From the NCBI RefSeq assembly GCF_018350175.1, contig NC_058368.1:51585815-51649814 (forward strand): a stretch of 64,000 nt of DNA. The letters run 5' to 3'. Source of the DNA: Felis catus (lineage: Eukaryota). A program made the position numbers and the translations under genes. Below the pieces are notes generated by a model. That model saw only the letters and a list, made by a program, of their open reading frames with translations, was not told the origin of the DNA and searched no databases. This document shows, one piece after another, positions 1 through 13,860 of this stretch (its first letter is position 1; every line of letters begins with the position of its first letter).

Positions 1-111
1 CCATTGTGATATCCTGTGTCTTTTGGTTGGAGCATTTAGTCCATTTACATTCAGTGTTATTATTGAAAGATATGGGTTTAGAGTCATTGTGATGTCCGTA
101 GGTTTCATGCT
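1..111 (-). mobile_element. 5'-truncated end of a felid L1 containing the ORF2 start; element continues off the window edge
   Basis: Reverse strand from ATG at 87 reads MTLNPYLSIITLNVNGLNAPTKRHRISQW, the L1 ORF2 endonuclease N-terminal motif (TLNVNGLN). Similarity stops at ~111. Confidence 0.9.
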
Positions 112-533
112 GCATCTATTTATAAGATTATAATTGTTTTTCAGTTTGGTAATATACAGTATAATATTTGTAGGTTTTCCCATTATCAGTGGGACAAAGC
201 ACATACCAAAAATCCAAATTACACAGAATTCAATATGAATTTTTCTAACAGAATGATGATAAGTTTCTGGAAATAAAGAGACATACAGAATGTACTAGAG
301 AAAAAAAGATATTGTTAGTATAAAGCCATCCAGTTTTGGAGGAAAGACAATTCTTGATTTCTGGTGATACAAGAAAGAAGAAGGAACAGTAAATATTTGT
401 GCCATTCAAAGCAAGCAGTTCACTGAATTTCTTTGTGAATATTGGACCATTATGTGTTAGTACTGGTCTTTAATATTAGGTGATTTGGATTTTTGTGTTG
501 TATGCAGCAATCCTCTCTTGAGTTCCATCTTTT

Positions 534-775
534 TTTTTAATTTTTATTTTTGAGAGAGAGAGAGAGAAAGGGAGAGAGAGACAGAGACAGAGAGACAGAG
601 ACAGAGTGTGAATAGGGGAGGAGCAGAGAGATAGGGAGACACAGAATCTGAAGCAGGCTCCAGGCTCTGAGCTGTCAACACAGAGCCTGACACAGGGCTC
701 GAACCCATAAGCTGTGAGATCATGACCTGAGCTGAAGTCGGATGCTTAACTGGGACTGAGCCACCCAGTCACCCC
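534..775 (-). mobile_element. Can-SINE (SINEC_Fc)
   Basis: tRNA-like head, (CT)n tract and A-tail on the minus strand; TSD TCTTGAGTTCCATCTTTT at 516-533 and 776-793. Confidence 0.95.
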
Positions 776-2699
776 TCTTGAGTTCCATCTTTTAAGAACA
801 CATCTATAGATAGGTAAATGTGCCTTGCCCTGACACACTAAATGATACAAGCAAAGGAATTTCTTCAGATTATTATGAAACATTCATTTTATCTTCTAGG
901 GTCTCAATTCACAATACCATTTTTAGTCTTTTATCTTACATTGGGTATATAACAATAATTAGGGATGACTGTCAACTTTTACATTAGTACTTTTTTTTTG
1001 GTCATACTGCGGGAACCTTACTAGAGTCTAAGATGTATTTTCTGCTAGGATTCAAACATGTCTGGCTGGCTGGCTGGGGGTGTGGAGGGGTTGGGAGTGG
1101 GAGATGGGCCTGCCAGTGCTCTATTTACCGGACTAAATGAAGCCTCCTGGGAAAGGACTCATGCCTAAGAAGAAAAAGTCAAGCAGGGAAGATTTGACGC
1201 CTCAGGCATCAAAGGGAGCCTTGATTTTGTGTGTCCCACTTTGTCAGCCTCTCAGCTCTGGTCTAGTGCCACATAAGTCATACAGAAAACAGGAGTTGAG
1301 AATAGGAATGCCCACAATCTCTAAGACAGGAGGACACCAAGCATCTCTTCTTTGGTCTCTGGGCACAAAGTCGAAAACAAGAGGTGCATTCTCCCTTTTC
1401 TGGAAGGAACACAGCATGGCTTGCATGGCTTTGGCACACAGAAGTTTCCAGAAAGCTTTCCACATTTAGCATCATGAAAATTTAGCATCACACAGGCTGG
1501 ATCCTGCATAAAAATCCAATGGATTTGCTATTGGGGACTCCCAGGTAAAAATGGAGGGATTTTGAGGGAATCTGGGAATTTTCAGATTGTGGCTCGGGGA
1601 ACAAAGTCAGAGGAAATATGGGTTGTTACTATAAATGTTCCTAATTCTATCCTGTAAGTGGGTGTTATATGGTGAAATATGGGCAACATATTCTGGTTAG
1701 GTTAATTTAAAATACATGATTTTGAGTCCAGTTTAATGAGGTACAAGAAAGAAAAAAAATGATGATAAAATCAACTACCAATCAACATGTCTTTATAAAA
1801 AAGTTCTCTTATTTGACAATAATTATTTTCTTGTTATTCTTGACTATTTTTAGATGATGAAAAATTTGCTGTGATTTCTAAGTGCTAATTAATTCTAAAG
1901 CTCGCAGATCTGTAAATGGTAAAAAGTGCAAAGAGTGTGATTTAGAAAAATAATGTCTACTTTAAGTTTATATTGGTGCATAATGTATTATTTTTCTATT
2001 GTGATGACTTTGCCATTTGTTTCTGAGAAATAAGACATAGTCACTCACTCAAAAATGGTAAACTAAAGAGATTTTACAGTAGAATATACTAGTAAGGGTG
2101 GTAGCCTGTTAATGCTATTGTCCATTTCTTTGTGAACAGGTACAATGTGTCATAAACAGTGCTGGCGATGCTGTAAGCATGTGCCACCTGGATCAGGCAT
2201 TGCTTTGGTGATACAGAACTTGACTTTCACAAATCTTTATTCTGCTTACTCTTACTGTGGCTTCTAGTGCCCAGAGCCTGTCCGAGTAACTAAAAAGGGA
2301 GATGACTTCATAGATCTTCAGGTTGGCTAAGAGGGCACTCCTTCCAAATTATCATGATCCTCTACAAAATAAGATTTTGTGTTGTTTAAAAACTATCCCT
2401 AAAATGGGGATAGTATTATATCATCATCATCATAATAGTAATAAGTGTATTATGGTCATACTTAGAACAATCAGACACTCTTTTTCCCAGGTAACTCTGT
2501 TTATTATTCTATCAGCTGCCATTCCTGTAAAACAAGTTAAAAAAAGTTTTTCCCTTATTCTTCTAGCAGCCTTTGGAATTTATACTTTTCACTGGCATCT
2601 TAAACTTAATTTTCACTGTTGGAAAAGAAAGGTATTGCTCTTTCCTTCTAAGCTATTATTTTTTCTATGTCTTAATATATTTCTCTGTCATTCTGTTTT

Positions 2700-2912
2700 T
2701 CTTTTTTTAAAAAAATTTTTAACATTTATTTATTTTTGAGAGACAGACCATGAGCAGGGAAGGGGCAGATAGAGAACGAGACACAGGATCTGAAGAAGGT
2801 TCCAGGCTCTGAGCTGTCAGCACAGAACTGGATGTGGGGCTCGAACCCACTAACCGTGAGATCACACTGAGCTGAAGTTGATGCTTAACTGACTGAGCCA
2901 CCCAGGCACACC
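2700..2912 (-). mobile_element. Can-SINE (SINEC_Fc)
   Basis: Typical body; degenerate TSD TCATTCT(G/C). Confidence 0.93.
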
Positions 2913-2937
2913 TCATTCTCCTTTTCAAGAGACTTTT

Positions 2938-3160
2938 TTTTAATGTTCATTTATTTTTGAGAGAGAGAGAGAGAAAGAAAGAGAGAGCAGGGGAGGGGCA
3001 GAGAGAGAGGGAGGCACAGGATCCGAAGCAGGCTCCTGGCTCTGAGCTGTCAGCACAGAGCCCGATGCAGGGCTCAAACCCACAAACCATGAACCATGAA
3101 CTGAGATCATGACCTGAGCCAAAGTCAGACACCCAACCGACTTAGCCACCCAGGCGTCCC
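2938..3160 (-). mobile_element. Can-SINE (SINEC_Fc)
   Basis: TSD TCAAGAGACTTTT at 2925-2937 and 3161-3173; small internal AACCATG duplication. Confidence 0.95.
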
Positions 3161-3421
3161 TCAAGAGACTTTTTCATAGACTTTTTGGCTTGTGCCATGG
3201 AAGAGAAACAGAAGGGACCTAGTTTGTAGTTGAGAGACTGTGAAGCTTCTGACAAGTAGAAGAGGAGCTAGGGAAGTATATAACACCAAAATCTTTGAAA
3301 CTGCTTTTACGAAAAACAGCCCATTGACGTGTAAAGAAAAAAAAGTCTTTAGTTTTGTAGTCCTTTTTACCTTTTTTTGTAAGCTATCCTAAACTATTAG
3401 GTTACTCTTTCAGGTAAATTT

Positions 3422-3842
3422 TAGCAAGAGCTCTTAAGGACCCAAGATATTACCTTTTTGTGAGCCAACAAGTGAGCCTGCAACAGTTTGATGGAGGCTG
3501 GCGGATGACACAAGACCCGTGAGAGGGAGAGTAACATGAATATAGCACAGCAAGAAGTCTGAGCATCCGCATGTTTGTGTCTGTTCCCTTTGCTTCCAAG
3601 TGCCACTGAGGCTGTACAGATAGGCACATAGATGTCTTCGTAGCAGAAGAGTAACCCTGAGCTTAGGGGATCTCAATTATTTTATAATGTACAACAAACA
3701 TATCTATAACTTTCAAGGCTGTTTGTTGTACAAATATCCTTAAAAATCCTTGAAAAGATAATTCAGAATGAACGATGGCCAGTGCCTAGTTTCACAAGAG
3801 GTATAGAATCATGAGAGATTCATGGAGAATTGCCTTCCAACA
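3422..3842 (-). mobile_element. LTR40-like ERVL solo LTR
   Basis: Minus strand begins TGTTGGAAGGCAATTCTCCATG, contains TTATCTTTTCAAGGAT...AACAGCCTTG and ends CAGGCTCACTTGTTGGCTC...CTCTTGCTA, matching my recollection of the LTR40 termini. Confidence 0.75.
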
Positions 3843-3926
3843 AAGATATAAAGACCTATGTCTTTCCCAAAGCCAGGGGTTGGTCAGGATTTATGTCTTT
3901 CTGAAAGCAAAACTGAGACCAGTGCT

Positions 3927-4373
3927 CATGGTGTGCTGACAAATGTTTAATAACTGGTTCTTTGAAGGAAAAATAAAAAAGAAAAGGAAAAGAAGAACAA
4001 GCCCTCATTTGTGACACTTGCTTATTTCTATGGTGGAAATATTCCCATCATGGCTGATATTAAGCTATCAAGAGGCCACCAATGAATGTGGAGTTAGGAA
4101 GAGATGCACAAATAATATGCAATTGTATAGTATTTCTAGCACATAGGTATAATAGAATGATCCCAAGAGAATAGATAATAGTAAAATTTAGTAAAATAAT
4201 TAGGAAGTATGTGAGTATTTATTACCTTTCAATTTACTATAACTGATTTAATTATAAGTTTATGTAATTTAATTTTTAATACTGGCCACCTTTAACAATT
4301 AGCTTGCAAAATTCCTGAAAATTTAACAATTGGCTCTTGCAAGCAAGTGTGGGCCAGCTCCAACACCCAGCTG
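3927..4373 (-). mobile_element. MER63B-like hAT DNA transposon fossil
   Basis: Degenerate terminal inverted repeats (CA-TGGTGTGCTG ... CAACACCCAGCTG); internal GAGCCAATTGTTAAATTTTCAGGAATTTTGC on the minus strand; ~445 bp. Confidence 0.75.
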
Positions 4374-5710
4374 CCAATACTCCTCTCTGTCTGGTTAATA
4401 GAATTCATTAATCTCATTCTTCAAAATCAAGTCTCTTTTGTGTTTGTTCTACTAGCTCATTTAAAAATACTTTTTCTTCTTTTATTTAAAACTAAGATGA
4501 TATTCACCTCACTTTTTTATTTCTCAACACCATCTGGTTAACCTAAATAAATCTGATCTATTATATCCAAACTTAGATTATGTTAGGAATAACACAGAAT
4601 TGATCATTTTGGGGGTTCTCTTTATGTCAGTTGTCTGCAATACAATGGGTAGGTGTGAGTAGAAAACTCATTTCTACTTTTGGGGGGGAATTGATATTTT
4701 TTCCCATTTTTTTTTTTCTGAGGAGTTTATAAATAGAACTTAAGCTCTGTAAAGTCTGTCACAAATTTTTGGGAGTTTACATAGGCTTTAAGCTGGACCA
4801 AAGCAATGCTCAGTTTCCTTAAGGTGACTATTCAAATTCAGATACAAAAACACTAAACACTTATGTGCCAAATATTGGGCTGATTTATGTATATGTTTCG
4901 TTTAATAATTAAATCTGTGAAGTAGGTATATACTTTTCTGGTTGGGGAGCTGAGATGAGTTTTGAGTTCTTCACTTATGTTTTGAGAAGGAAATGTGATT
5001 ATGTGCCTCTCCCCTTCGTGATCAGGATATAGTCATTAATGAAACATTTCCATAGCATTTCTTAGTAGGGAACCTTGACAAGGTAAATAAGGCTGCCCCA
5101 AGAGCTCCAAGAAGGGATTTCATTTTCTTTATGAATTGGTTGTACATTTTTGGTTGTAACAATAATCCAGAATGAAATTGTGGGCCACACATTGCTAAAA
5201 TATGTAAGAACGTTTCAAAAGTAAGTAATCAACTAGTATGTTCATCAAACAGAAACTATAACTCAGTTTCAGGAAAAGTTGTGATCAATATTATCATCAA
5301 AAATGACATGTGAAGCTAGATACATATACTGATGGATTTTTTTTCAAGTGATTTAAATTCACACTATATGTTAAAAAATCAAAATTTTTATAGTTGGTTA
5401 TTTTATCTTGGTGGCATATCTTCTCTCTTGAGAGAAAAAATGATAAGCAAACCAGCAAAGACTTTAGGTTAAGTATAGCTACAGTGAGTTATTCTAAAGA
5501 AAATAATACACTGACAACTTTATTTGATAGACTTCAAATAAGTGAGAAAATCAACATTATTTACATCACTTGGTTTGTTGTCCTATTAGTTACCTTATCA
5601 AGTAGGAGATAAACTGCTCTCTTTTCACAAGTAATAAGAATGCATAATATGAGTCTAGGCATAGATCAGCAAGTTTTGTTTAATTTGTGGCTGTATAAAA
5701 ATCACCATTT

Positions 5711-5914
5711 TGGGTGCCTAGGTGCTCAGTTGGTTAAGTGTCTGACTCTTGATTTCAGCTCAGAGCATGACCTCCCGGTTCATGAGTTCGAGCCCTGCAT
5801 CCAGCTCTGCATTGACCGTGCTGAGCCTATTTGGGATTCTCTGACTCCCTCTCTTCTCTGCCCTTCCTCCACTCGCTCTCTATCTCTCTTCTCAAAATAA
5901 ATAGAAAAACATTA
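5711..5914 (+). mobile_element. Can-SINE
   Basis: A/B-box head, CT tract and A tail; TSD AAAAAT(C/T)ACCATTT at ~5696 and ~5915. Confidence 0.93.
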
Positions 5915-7764
5915 AAAAATTACCATTTCAGTGGATTTGTTTCATGTCCATTTCATATCCACCATTTTAGTGGATATATTTTTAATGATTAAGTGCCATC
6001 TGGGGATAGCAATTAAAAAACTATAGAGGCAATAGAATATCTGGTTTGCATAATTATTATTAATTATATTAATTACTACTAATTTTAAGTTTAATATGTG
6101 TCAGGTATAATGCTGAGTATATTAGATGCATTATGTTAATTTAATTTGGATTTATATAATCATTGTTTACTATATGTATATATTGATAATTTGTTAAAGC
6201 CATGGACCTGCTTAAGGAAAGATGCAAATATATATATATATATGTATATACATGAACACAAATGTTTGTATATAATTTTGGGGATCATAGATCCCCTATT
6301 CCTGAATTCTCACCTTAAGGATCCCTTAGAATAGTGCTTATAGAATTCAGTTTCAATAACATTGTTTCCAAACTGTAACCTGCTTATTTTTATCAGTATT
6401 TGACAGCGTAGAACTTCAAGAATACAATTCCAATGACCCTATTAGTAAGTTATATTGTCTGAGCAGGAAATTCCTATAACTGGCAAACACAATATTTGCC
6501 AAGAGTACCAACTGAAGAATAATTTATATCAGGGCAAAATTGGAAACAATATCCAATATCCAGTAATAGAGTATAGGTTAAACAGATTATGACACAACAA
6601 AATGTCATGAAACCATTTGTAAGTAATATGCACATCAATATTTAATGCCTATAACATATCACTGGATCAAAAGCAGACTTTAAATAGCATATATATTATG
6701 TTTTGAAAAACATATATATACTTCTGAAAAAATCTAGGAAAACTCTTCATTTGTTCTTAAAATATTCAAGTTAGCCTAAGAAAAGAGATCTCATTGATGG
6801 GCTGCACAAGAAATTTTAAAGGAAATCTCCTGGGAACCCAGAAGTCCAAGCCATTCATTATATATATAGCTGATGTCATAAAGTCTGGAGCTAGAGGCAG
6901 TTCTGGGTTTAAGAAGACTGGGTGATCAGAGCTCAGAACCTTCCCTCCACTATTCCCCTTGAACTTGACTCAGCCACACTGTGCCTCCCAGCTTCTTTCT
7001 GTTCCACTTTCAACTGGCATAGTCATTATATTTGTTCTTTGTAAATTTAATTTGCTCATAGCACAGTGTGGTTTGATTTCAGATCCTATTGCTAACTGTT
7101 TTTAGTTTAGATTCTCAAGATGGAGCCTATTGCTTGGCTTATTTTATTAGACTAAATTTGTTTCTGGACAACCTGTTGATTATTTCCTTTAGGGAGACAT
7201 CTACCTGCAGCTAGGGTGATGGACTGGGGTGGTAAGTTTCATTTGGTAGAAGGGTGTGGATAGGGTAATTTTATTTAGAATGACCTAGGGATATAAGATA
7301 TAGGCAGCATAAAGTAATTCTCTTAAGGAAAGATTAGGCACCAGAAAATTAATAGTGGCTATTTCTGGGTAGTAGGATTACAAGGAAAAAAATACATACA
7401 TATATATAATTTCTAATTTTAAATAATGATTACATGTGATTTGGAAAATAAGGAAATAATATCCCTAGAATGTGATTTGTACTTTTTCCTTGGTAGTTTT
7501 GTAGGTTTGGTTTAATTCCATTTGTTAGGGAATTTCCAAATTCTATGATAACATGTTGCTTTAGAAAAGATGAAATGTACTGGTGAAAAAAAAAAGAAAA
7601 AGAAAAAAAAGAAAAAGAAAAAAAAGAAAGAAAATTAAACATGTGTTTGGTATTTTAACTAATCAGAGCCAGTACTGGGTACCATTTTGAATTGTTTGGC
7701 TTTATGCTGGGGCTGGAGAGATACAGAGATATGTATTCTAAGACAAGGCCTCTGGCTTCAAGTG

Positions 7765-8200
7765 CCATTCAGTAAATATTAATTGAGTACTATAATGTAC
7801 AATAGGGATTCAGAGGTGACAAGATACAGTCACTGCCTCCTCAAACAGCTAGCAATCCAGTTAATTATAGGAACAGGAAAAAAATTAATATTCCAAGACA
7901 ATGTATGTGAAGAGTCCAATGACTGATGTGAGAGTTCAGAGGATTGAGAAATCATTTCAAGTTGGGGTGAATAAAAGAGACCTCAAGAGAGATGTGAGAC
8001 CTCATGGGAAAGAGAGATTTGGTCTTATTGGATGGGGAATGCTTGGGTAAATGAGGGCATGTTAGAGGGCATTATTGGGTTGCCAGAAGAGCTAGCCAAA
8101 CATGTACAGGTAGGAGGACACAAGGCTTGTTTGGGAGATGTGAGTGTAGTGGACTTGTGTTGTAGACTGGTGGCAGATAAGATTGAGTTAGGCAGAAACA
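7765..8200 (-). mobile_element. L2 3' remnant
   Basis: CATTCAGTAAATATTAATTGAGTAC terminus followed by purine-rich L2-like sequence. Confidence 0.55.
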
Positions 8201-8220
8201 ATATTTTACTAAATGCTTTT

Positions 8221-8450
8221 TATTTTTATTACTATTTATTTATTTTTTTTAATGTTTGTTTATTTTTGAGAGAGAGAGACAGAATGTGAGCAGGGGAGGG
8301 CAGAGAGAGGTGGAGACACAGAATTCGAAGTAGACTCCAGGCTCTGAGCTATCATTATGGAGCCTGATGTGGGACTTGAATTCATGAACCATGAGATCAT
8401 GACCTGAGCCAAAGTCAGATTCTTAACTGACTGAGCCACCCAGGCACGCC
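8221..8450 (-). mobile_element. Can-SINE (SINEC_Fc)
   Basis: TSD TACTAAATGCTTTT at 8207-8220 and 8451-8464. Confidence 0.95.
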
Positions 8451-8954
8451 TACTAAATGCTTTTTAAATGTGCTTTCATAAAATGCTTTGGAGCTAGTTT
8501 GTTGTTTTGTTTTGAACTTTCAAGTGCATTAACTATGTAGACTATTTCAGAGCTTACTAGCTAGCCTATGTTTGATAAGGGGATAGTATATCTGTTGTCC
8601 TGCACCTGCCTCTCAGCCATCTCTCACCTGGAATCCTTAGTCTTAGAATCCGTTGTAATTAATAAGAGTCCAAAGGCCTTCTTAATAGACCACTGGCATT
8701 AGTATGTTGTCCTGGTATTCTGATCTAGAAATCATGTTGTTATAAGTGCTTGCTTGGACTTTCACTCCATTTTAGGCTCTGAATCTACTTTTGCCTTTCC
8801 TAGCTATTTCCCTAACTGTTAACACTCTTTTCATCCTGCTGGATATCCTGATTCAGGTTGCAGGCCTTGACGTTGGGTGTTTTACCATGATATTGATTTT
8901 TTATTCCTAGTTCCAAAATCATTGTTCCAAATCCTAGTTTATCGTACTCAGTTA

Positions 8955-9120
8955 TGAGAGCACAAGCAGGGGAGAGAAGCAGAGGGAGAGAGAGAATCTT
9001 AAGCAGACTCTGTGCTCAGTCCAGAGCTCAGTGTGAAGCTCAATTCCATGACCCTGGGATCACGATCTGAGCTAAAATCGAGAGTTGGACGCTCAACCGA
9101 CTAAGCCACCCAGGCACCCC
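8955..9120 (-). mobile_element. Older Can-SINE lacking its tail
   Basis: Head and body present; no A-tail or TSD visible. Confidence 0.88.
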
Positions 9121-9138
9121 TCAAAATAAATATTTTTA

Positions 9139-9369
9139 TTTATTTATTTTTAAAAAAATTTTTTCAACGTTTTTATTTATTTTTGGGACAGAGAGGGGCA
9201 GAGCATGAACGGGGGGGGGGCAGAGAGAGAGGGAGACACAGAATCGGAAACAGGCTCCAGGCTCCGAGCCATCAGCCCAGAGCCTGACGCAGGGCTCGAA
9301 CTCACGGACCGCGAGATCGTGAACTGGCTGAAGTTGGACGCTTAACCGACTGCACCACCCAGGCGCCCC
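9139..9369 (-). mobile_element. Young Can-SINE (SINEC_Fc)
   Basis: CpG-rich; TSD AATAAATATTTTTA at ~9125 and 9370-9383. Confidence 0.95.
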
Positions 9370-11789
9370 AATAAATATTTTTAAAACAGCATATTAGGAT
9401 TGTGTTTACACAGCACTAAGTTATTCTGAGAAGATGGTCACTGGGTATGAGTGTGATAGTACAGAGAGAACACTGGTCCATTAATAAATTGAATGTCTTG
9501 GTCCATTTCCATCTATTCCAGCTGTAGGTACAGAGGATCTTTTCTGTAGCAGGCTCCTCTCCTGACCAGTCTCTGAATGCATCCTGTCCAAGGCCCCGGT
9601 ATATCACTGGGCTCAAACATAGCTGATAGTAGGGCCTGGTATGAGTCTAAATCGAGTAGCAAGCCCCTATGAAGCACCCCTTCAACCATCATCCTGACTC
9701 CCAAACCCCTTATTGTGCTTGCCCATGGCTTATGACAAAGTCTGTGCCAGGATTTCCTCTTCTGTATTGTAATTTCACCCACAGGATGGATGTTATGCTT
9801 CTAACTCAGCCCTTTTGTCTAGGACCCCATATTCTTTTTAAACCTTGTCAACCCCATTCCTGGGTATTCTCTCTAGAACCCTGTTAACAGTAAAGGGATG
9901 ACTTGGAACCACGAAACTTGTCCCAAGGTGGGCCACCTGAATATCTATATCAGATTGACCTGATTAATTTTTTTCAATTGTCTTTGAACTGTTTGAGGTG
10001 TTGCTGCCTGCTCAATTCTGAGGAGCATTTAATGAAATATGCATAAGAACACATCTAATAAATATAGTAACTATTTATTAAATCCTTAATATGTGGCAGA
10101 ACTAGTAAGGTAAGTGTTTAAGGAGTTAGATATGCATTTCCTTCTTTTGGCATGTAATGCAGGAGTTGTTCTCAATCCAAAAGAATATGAGGCTTAATTG
10201 ACTCACAATGTATGTCTACAAACTCTGTTTTTCTGAAAAGTGGTTTTTAAATATCTGATGGTTGTATCTTTAAACCTTACAGTGAATATTACATTTTCAA
10301 AGGAGTACTGACTTTTTCTATGAATCGTGTTGGACCATGGGACCACCTAGATCATACTATTCTAGAAAATATTTGATGCTTCATATAATTCACCCTTTAT
10401 GTTTACTGAACACCTGCTATTTACAAGGCTGTGCATTATAAAGGATATCAAAAGGAGTATTGAACATATGAGGGATATAAAAATGAGTAAAGCATAGTCC
10501 TGGCCTTTGCGTGGAAGGATTATGACAATTACATGTAGACATGAGCACAAAGCAGGATAGCCAACACAGTCCTAAAAGGACCAGAAAAACAATTTTAATA
10601 ATAATGGCATGATTTTAGTCCTTGGCTAAGATAAAGAATAATTATATACTCAAGATGCAAATTATGCCTGGCTTAATTATCTCTATCAATTTGAAGAAGC
10701 AGATGCTCAGATGTGCAGACAGATACTAATAACTCACTTGGGAGTACTTAATCTGTATCTTTTTATGGGTGTGGAAGAGATGTTCACTGATTTTGACTGA
10801 TGTTACATTCTTTAAGAACAGTATGGCAGACATTTCCTCAAACTGTATTCTACTATGTATGACCTTTGCCTGTACATTCTTCAGTAGCTCAAATGGCAGC
10901 CTAGTCCAGTGACAAAATCTACGTCTTCATGTCAAGCTAATTTAAGGAACGTTTTATCACTTAACTTCACAGTGTGAAGGACATTAATAATTCAGTGGTT
11001 TGTATACATTTCCATTCATTCTCCTTGTGAAGATGTTTATGCTGCATAACAACGGTGCAGGGATAGAGGGGTTGGAAAACCTCTTTGCCACCCTATCCCA
11101 TGCCTCCACTCCTCCTAGAATATCTGGCTTCAGCAACAGTGGAATGAACAGTCAGTGGAGCTGAAGAAGTGGTAGTGTTTGTTAGTACTTTGTGCCTTCT
11201 GTTGCTCCTCATTGATGATATCCTTCATGCTAGCCCTGTCTGGGTTATTAAGTACTATGATTTTTAAAAGTCTCTTTTCTATAATTTGGTGCTAATAAGA
11301 ATAGACTTAGTATAAAAACATTTTCTTCTGTATTGAAACAAAGATTTTTAAAAATGCAGACTCTGAGGGAAGATTCCAGAGACTTGGTCTCTTGAGAACT
11401 ACCCATCTGTGAAAAAATTCTATTTCTGTTGAACTAGAGACCTGGCAATGGCAAAATGGACTGCCACTGTGAGCCATTTATTCTGTCTCACTGGACAGAA
11501 TAAATTGTTTCCTAATTGAAGCTATGTCATGACATGAACTGTAAAATGTAGTAGCAATAATTTACTCTCAGCTTAAAGAAATGTCAGAAAATTGTCTGCT
11601 CTTTAAAAAAGCATTTTTTTGACCAGATTCTGAGATAAAACTGAAAAAAGGAATACTTTCTGCAATACTATTTTACACTTACACTTTAACCTAAACTGCA
11701 TATTTTGCAATATTTTGAGAGAACTAATTAAAAAGCATTTTGTATATGTGTAATTTTGAATAGTGTCATTTTTTATAAGTATCTCAGAA

Positions 11790-11991
11790 TTTTTTTTAAC
11801 GTTTATTTATTTTTGAGAGAGAGAGAGAGAGAGAGAGAAGGAGAGGCAGATAGAGGGGGACAGAAAATCTGAAGTGGGTTCCGTGCTGACAGCAGCAAGT
11901 GAGCTTGTTGTGGGGCTTGAGCTCACGAACTGCAAGATTATGACCTGAGCTGAAGTTGGCCACTCAACTGATTGAGCCACCCTGGTGCCCC
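11790..11991 (-). mobile_element. Can-SINE
   Basis: Typical body with (GA)n tract. Confidence 0.92.
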
Positions 11992-12107
11992 ATAATTCAG
12001 AGTTTCTTGAGCGTAATTATGCTTACCGTTTCATGCCCTATGGACATAGACATTTGCTACCTTTGGATGAGGTCTGTAAGGCAGGAAACTTGCCTACAGA
12101 CATTAAC

Positions 12108-12280
12108 TATACATATATATGTGTATATATATGTGTATATGTGTGTATATATATATGTATACATGTGTGTTTGTATATATATGTGTATATATGTGTATAT
12201 ATATGTATACGTGTGTGTGTGTGTATATATATAAATATATATATATACATATAATTGGCAGCATATATACACACACTCAC
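12108..12280. repeat. Compound (TA)/(TG) microsatellite
   Basis: Direct reading. Confidence 0.95.
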
Positions 12281-12329
12281 TATTTCTATATTAAAAGCAT
12301 CCACTAACACACCTGGGAATTTACTATAA

Positions 12330-13860
12330 TAACAATTGTGAAATTTCAGAAATGATAGGTAAAAGGATTATTTCAAATAATGTTAAAGTACTTGGCAATC
12401 TAGTGAGATATCTATACCATACCTTGCACAAAAGTAAATTCCAAGTAGATTAAAGATCTAGACATTAAAAAAAGAAACCCACAACTAAATGCTGGAATAA
12501 AAGGAATGAAACAGGCTTATAATTGTAGGATGAGGAAGGACTTTCTCAGCATGATATTAAGCCTACAAATTGCAGAAAAAAGGCAATATATTAAAGGTAA
12601 AAAAATACCCTTTTATTTGAAAGGATAAAAATAAAGTTAAAAGACAAATGAGAGACTAGGAGAAAAATATATGCAACATATGTAAAGACAAAAGATTAAT
12701 GTCCAGAATATTTTACTAATATTCTACTAATAAATAGAAAAAGAAAAAGACAACTAGCTAAATAGAAAATTGACAAAGATTACAAACAGGAAATTAATGA
12801 AAGAGGGAATATAAATGTCCAATAAACTCATGGAAAAATGATCCATTTCAGTAATTATTAAACAAATAAAAATTAAACAATAACTAGCTATATATTATTA
12901 GCCCAATTGATGGGCAACATCTCAAAAGATTCATAACATCCACCCTTGGTAAGAAAAAATTACCACTCTTCTTTTTTTTTTTTTTAATTTTTTTTTTCAA
13001 CGTTTATTTATTTTTCGGACAGAGAGAGACAGAGCATGAACGGGGGAGGGGCAGAGAGCGAGAGGGAGACACAGAATCGGAAACAGGCTCCAGGCTCTGA
13101 GCCATCAGCCCAGAGCCTGACGTGGGGCTCGAACTCCCGGAACGCGAGATCGTGACCTGGCTGAAGTCGGACGCTTAACCGACTGTGCCACCCAGGCGCC
13201 CCAAAAATTGCCACTCTTGTACCAAGAGTGGTGAATGTGGGTATAGCTTTTTGTAAGGCGAACTGATATTATTTTTCAAAATAAAAATGTGTGACCTTTG
13301 ACCCATCAATTTCATGAGGAATTCCACTGGTAGGGGGTCTAGTCCAGAGAAATACTTAATTATATATATAAATATGTATGTCCAAGTATGCTCATTGCAG
13401 TATTGTTTACTAACCAAAAACTGGGGGAGAACTGTCAATCAATAGGAAAATGGGTGAACCAACTGCAGAATATTCATGAAAGGAAATTTATATAGCAGCT
13501 AAAAAGAGAGTAGTAGATTCATATGTACTGACTTGGAAAAGTACTTATTACAAGTAAAATAAAAAGCACATTGCAAAACCATATTCATAGCCTGGCTCTA
13601 TATTCATTTGGGGAGAAAAACCAATAATAATATATGTCCCTACAATCGTAAGATGAAGCCTGGAAGAATATAAAATGATCTCTTCATGGTGGCTATGGAG
13701 TTGGGAGCTGAAGAGACAGGAGAGAAAGAAAGGAGTGGTCTCACTTGTTATTTCATATCTGTTAAAAAATAAAAGTGAGATTATGAGTGATTTTGGCTTT
13801 TTGGCTTTTTTATATTTAACATCTTTTCTATTATAGATATGTATTGCTTTTGTATTAAAA
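12330..13860 (+). mobile_element. Ancient L1 (L1MC/ME-like) 3' ORF2 and 3'UTR remnant, interrupted by a SINE
   Basis: A-rich; motifs such as AAAGTAAATTCCAAGTAGATTAAAGATCTA and TTTGACCCATCAATTTCA...GGAAT. Confidence 0.75.
12971..13202 (-). mobile_element. Young Can-SINE (SINEC_Fc)
   Basis: TSD AAAAATT(A/G)CCACTCTT at 12955-12970 and 13203-13218. Confidence 0.96.

Noticed and set aside
11956..12310. Stacked ORFs on both strands (also at 46960-47233 and 53726-54289)
   Set aside because: Stop-free microsatellite artefacts.
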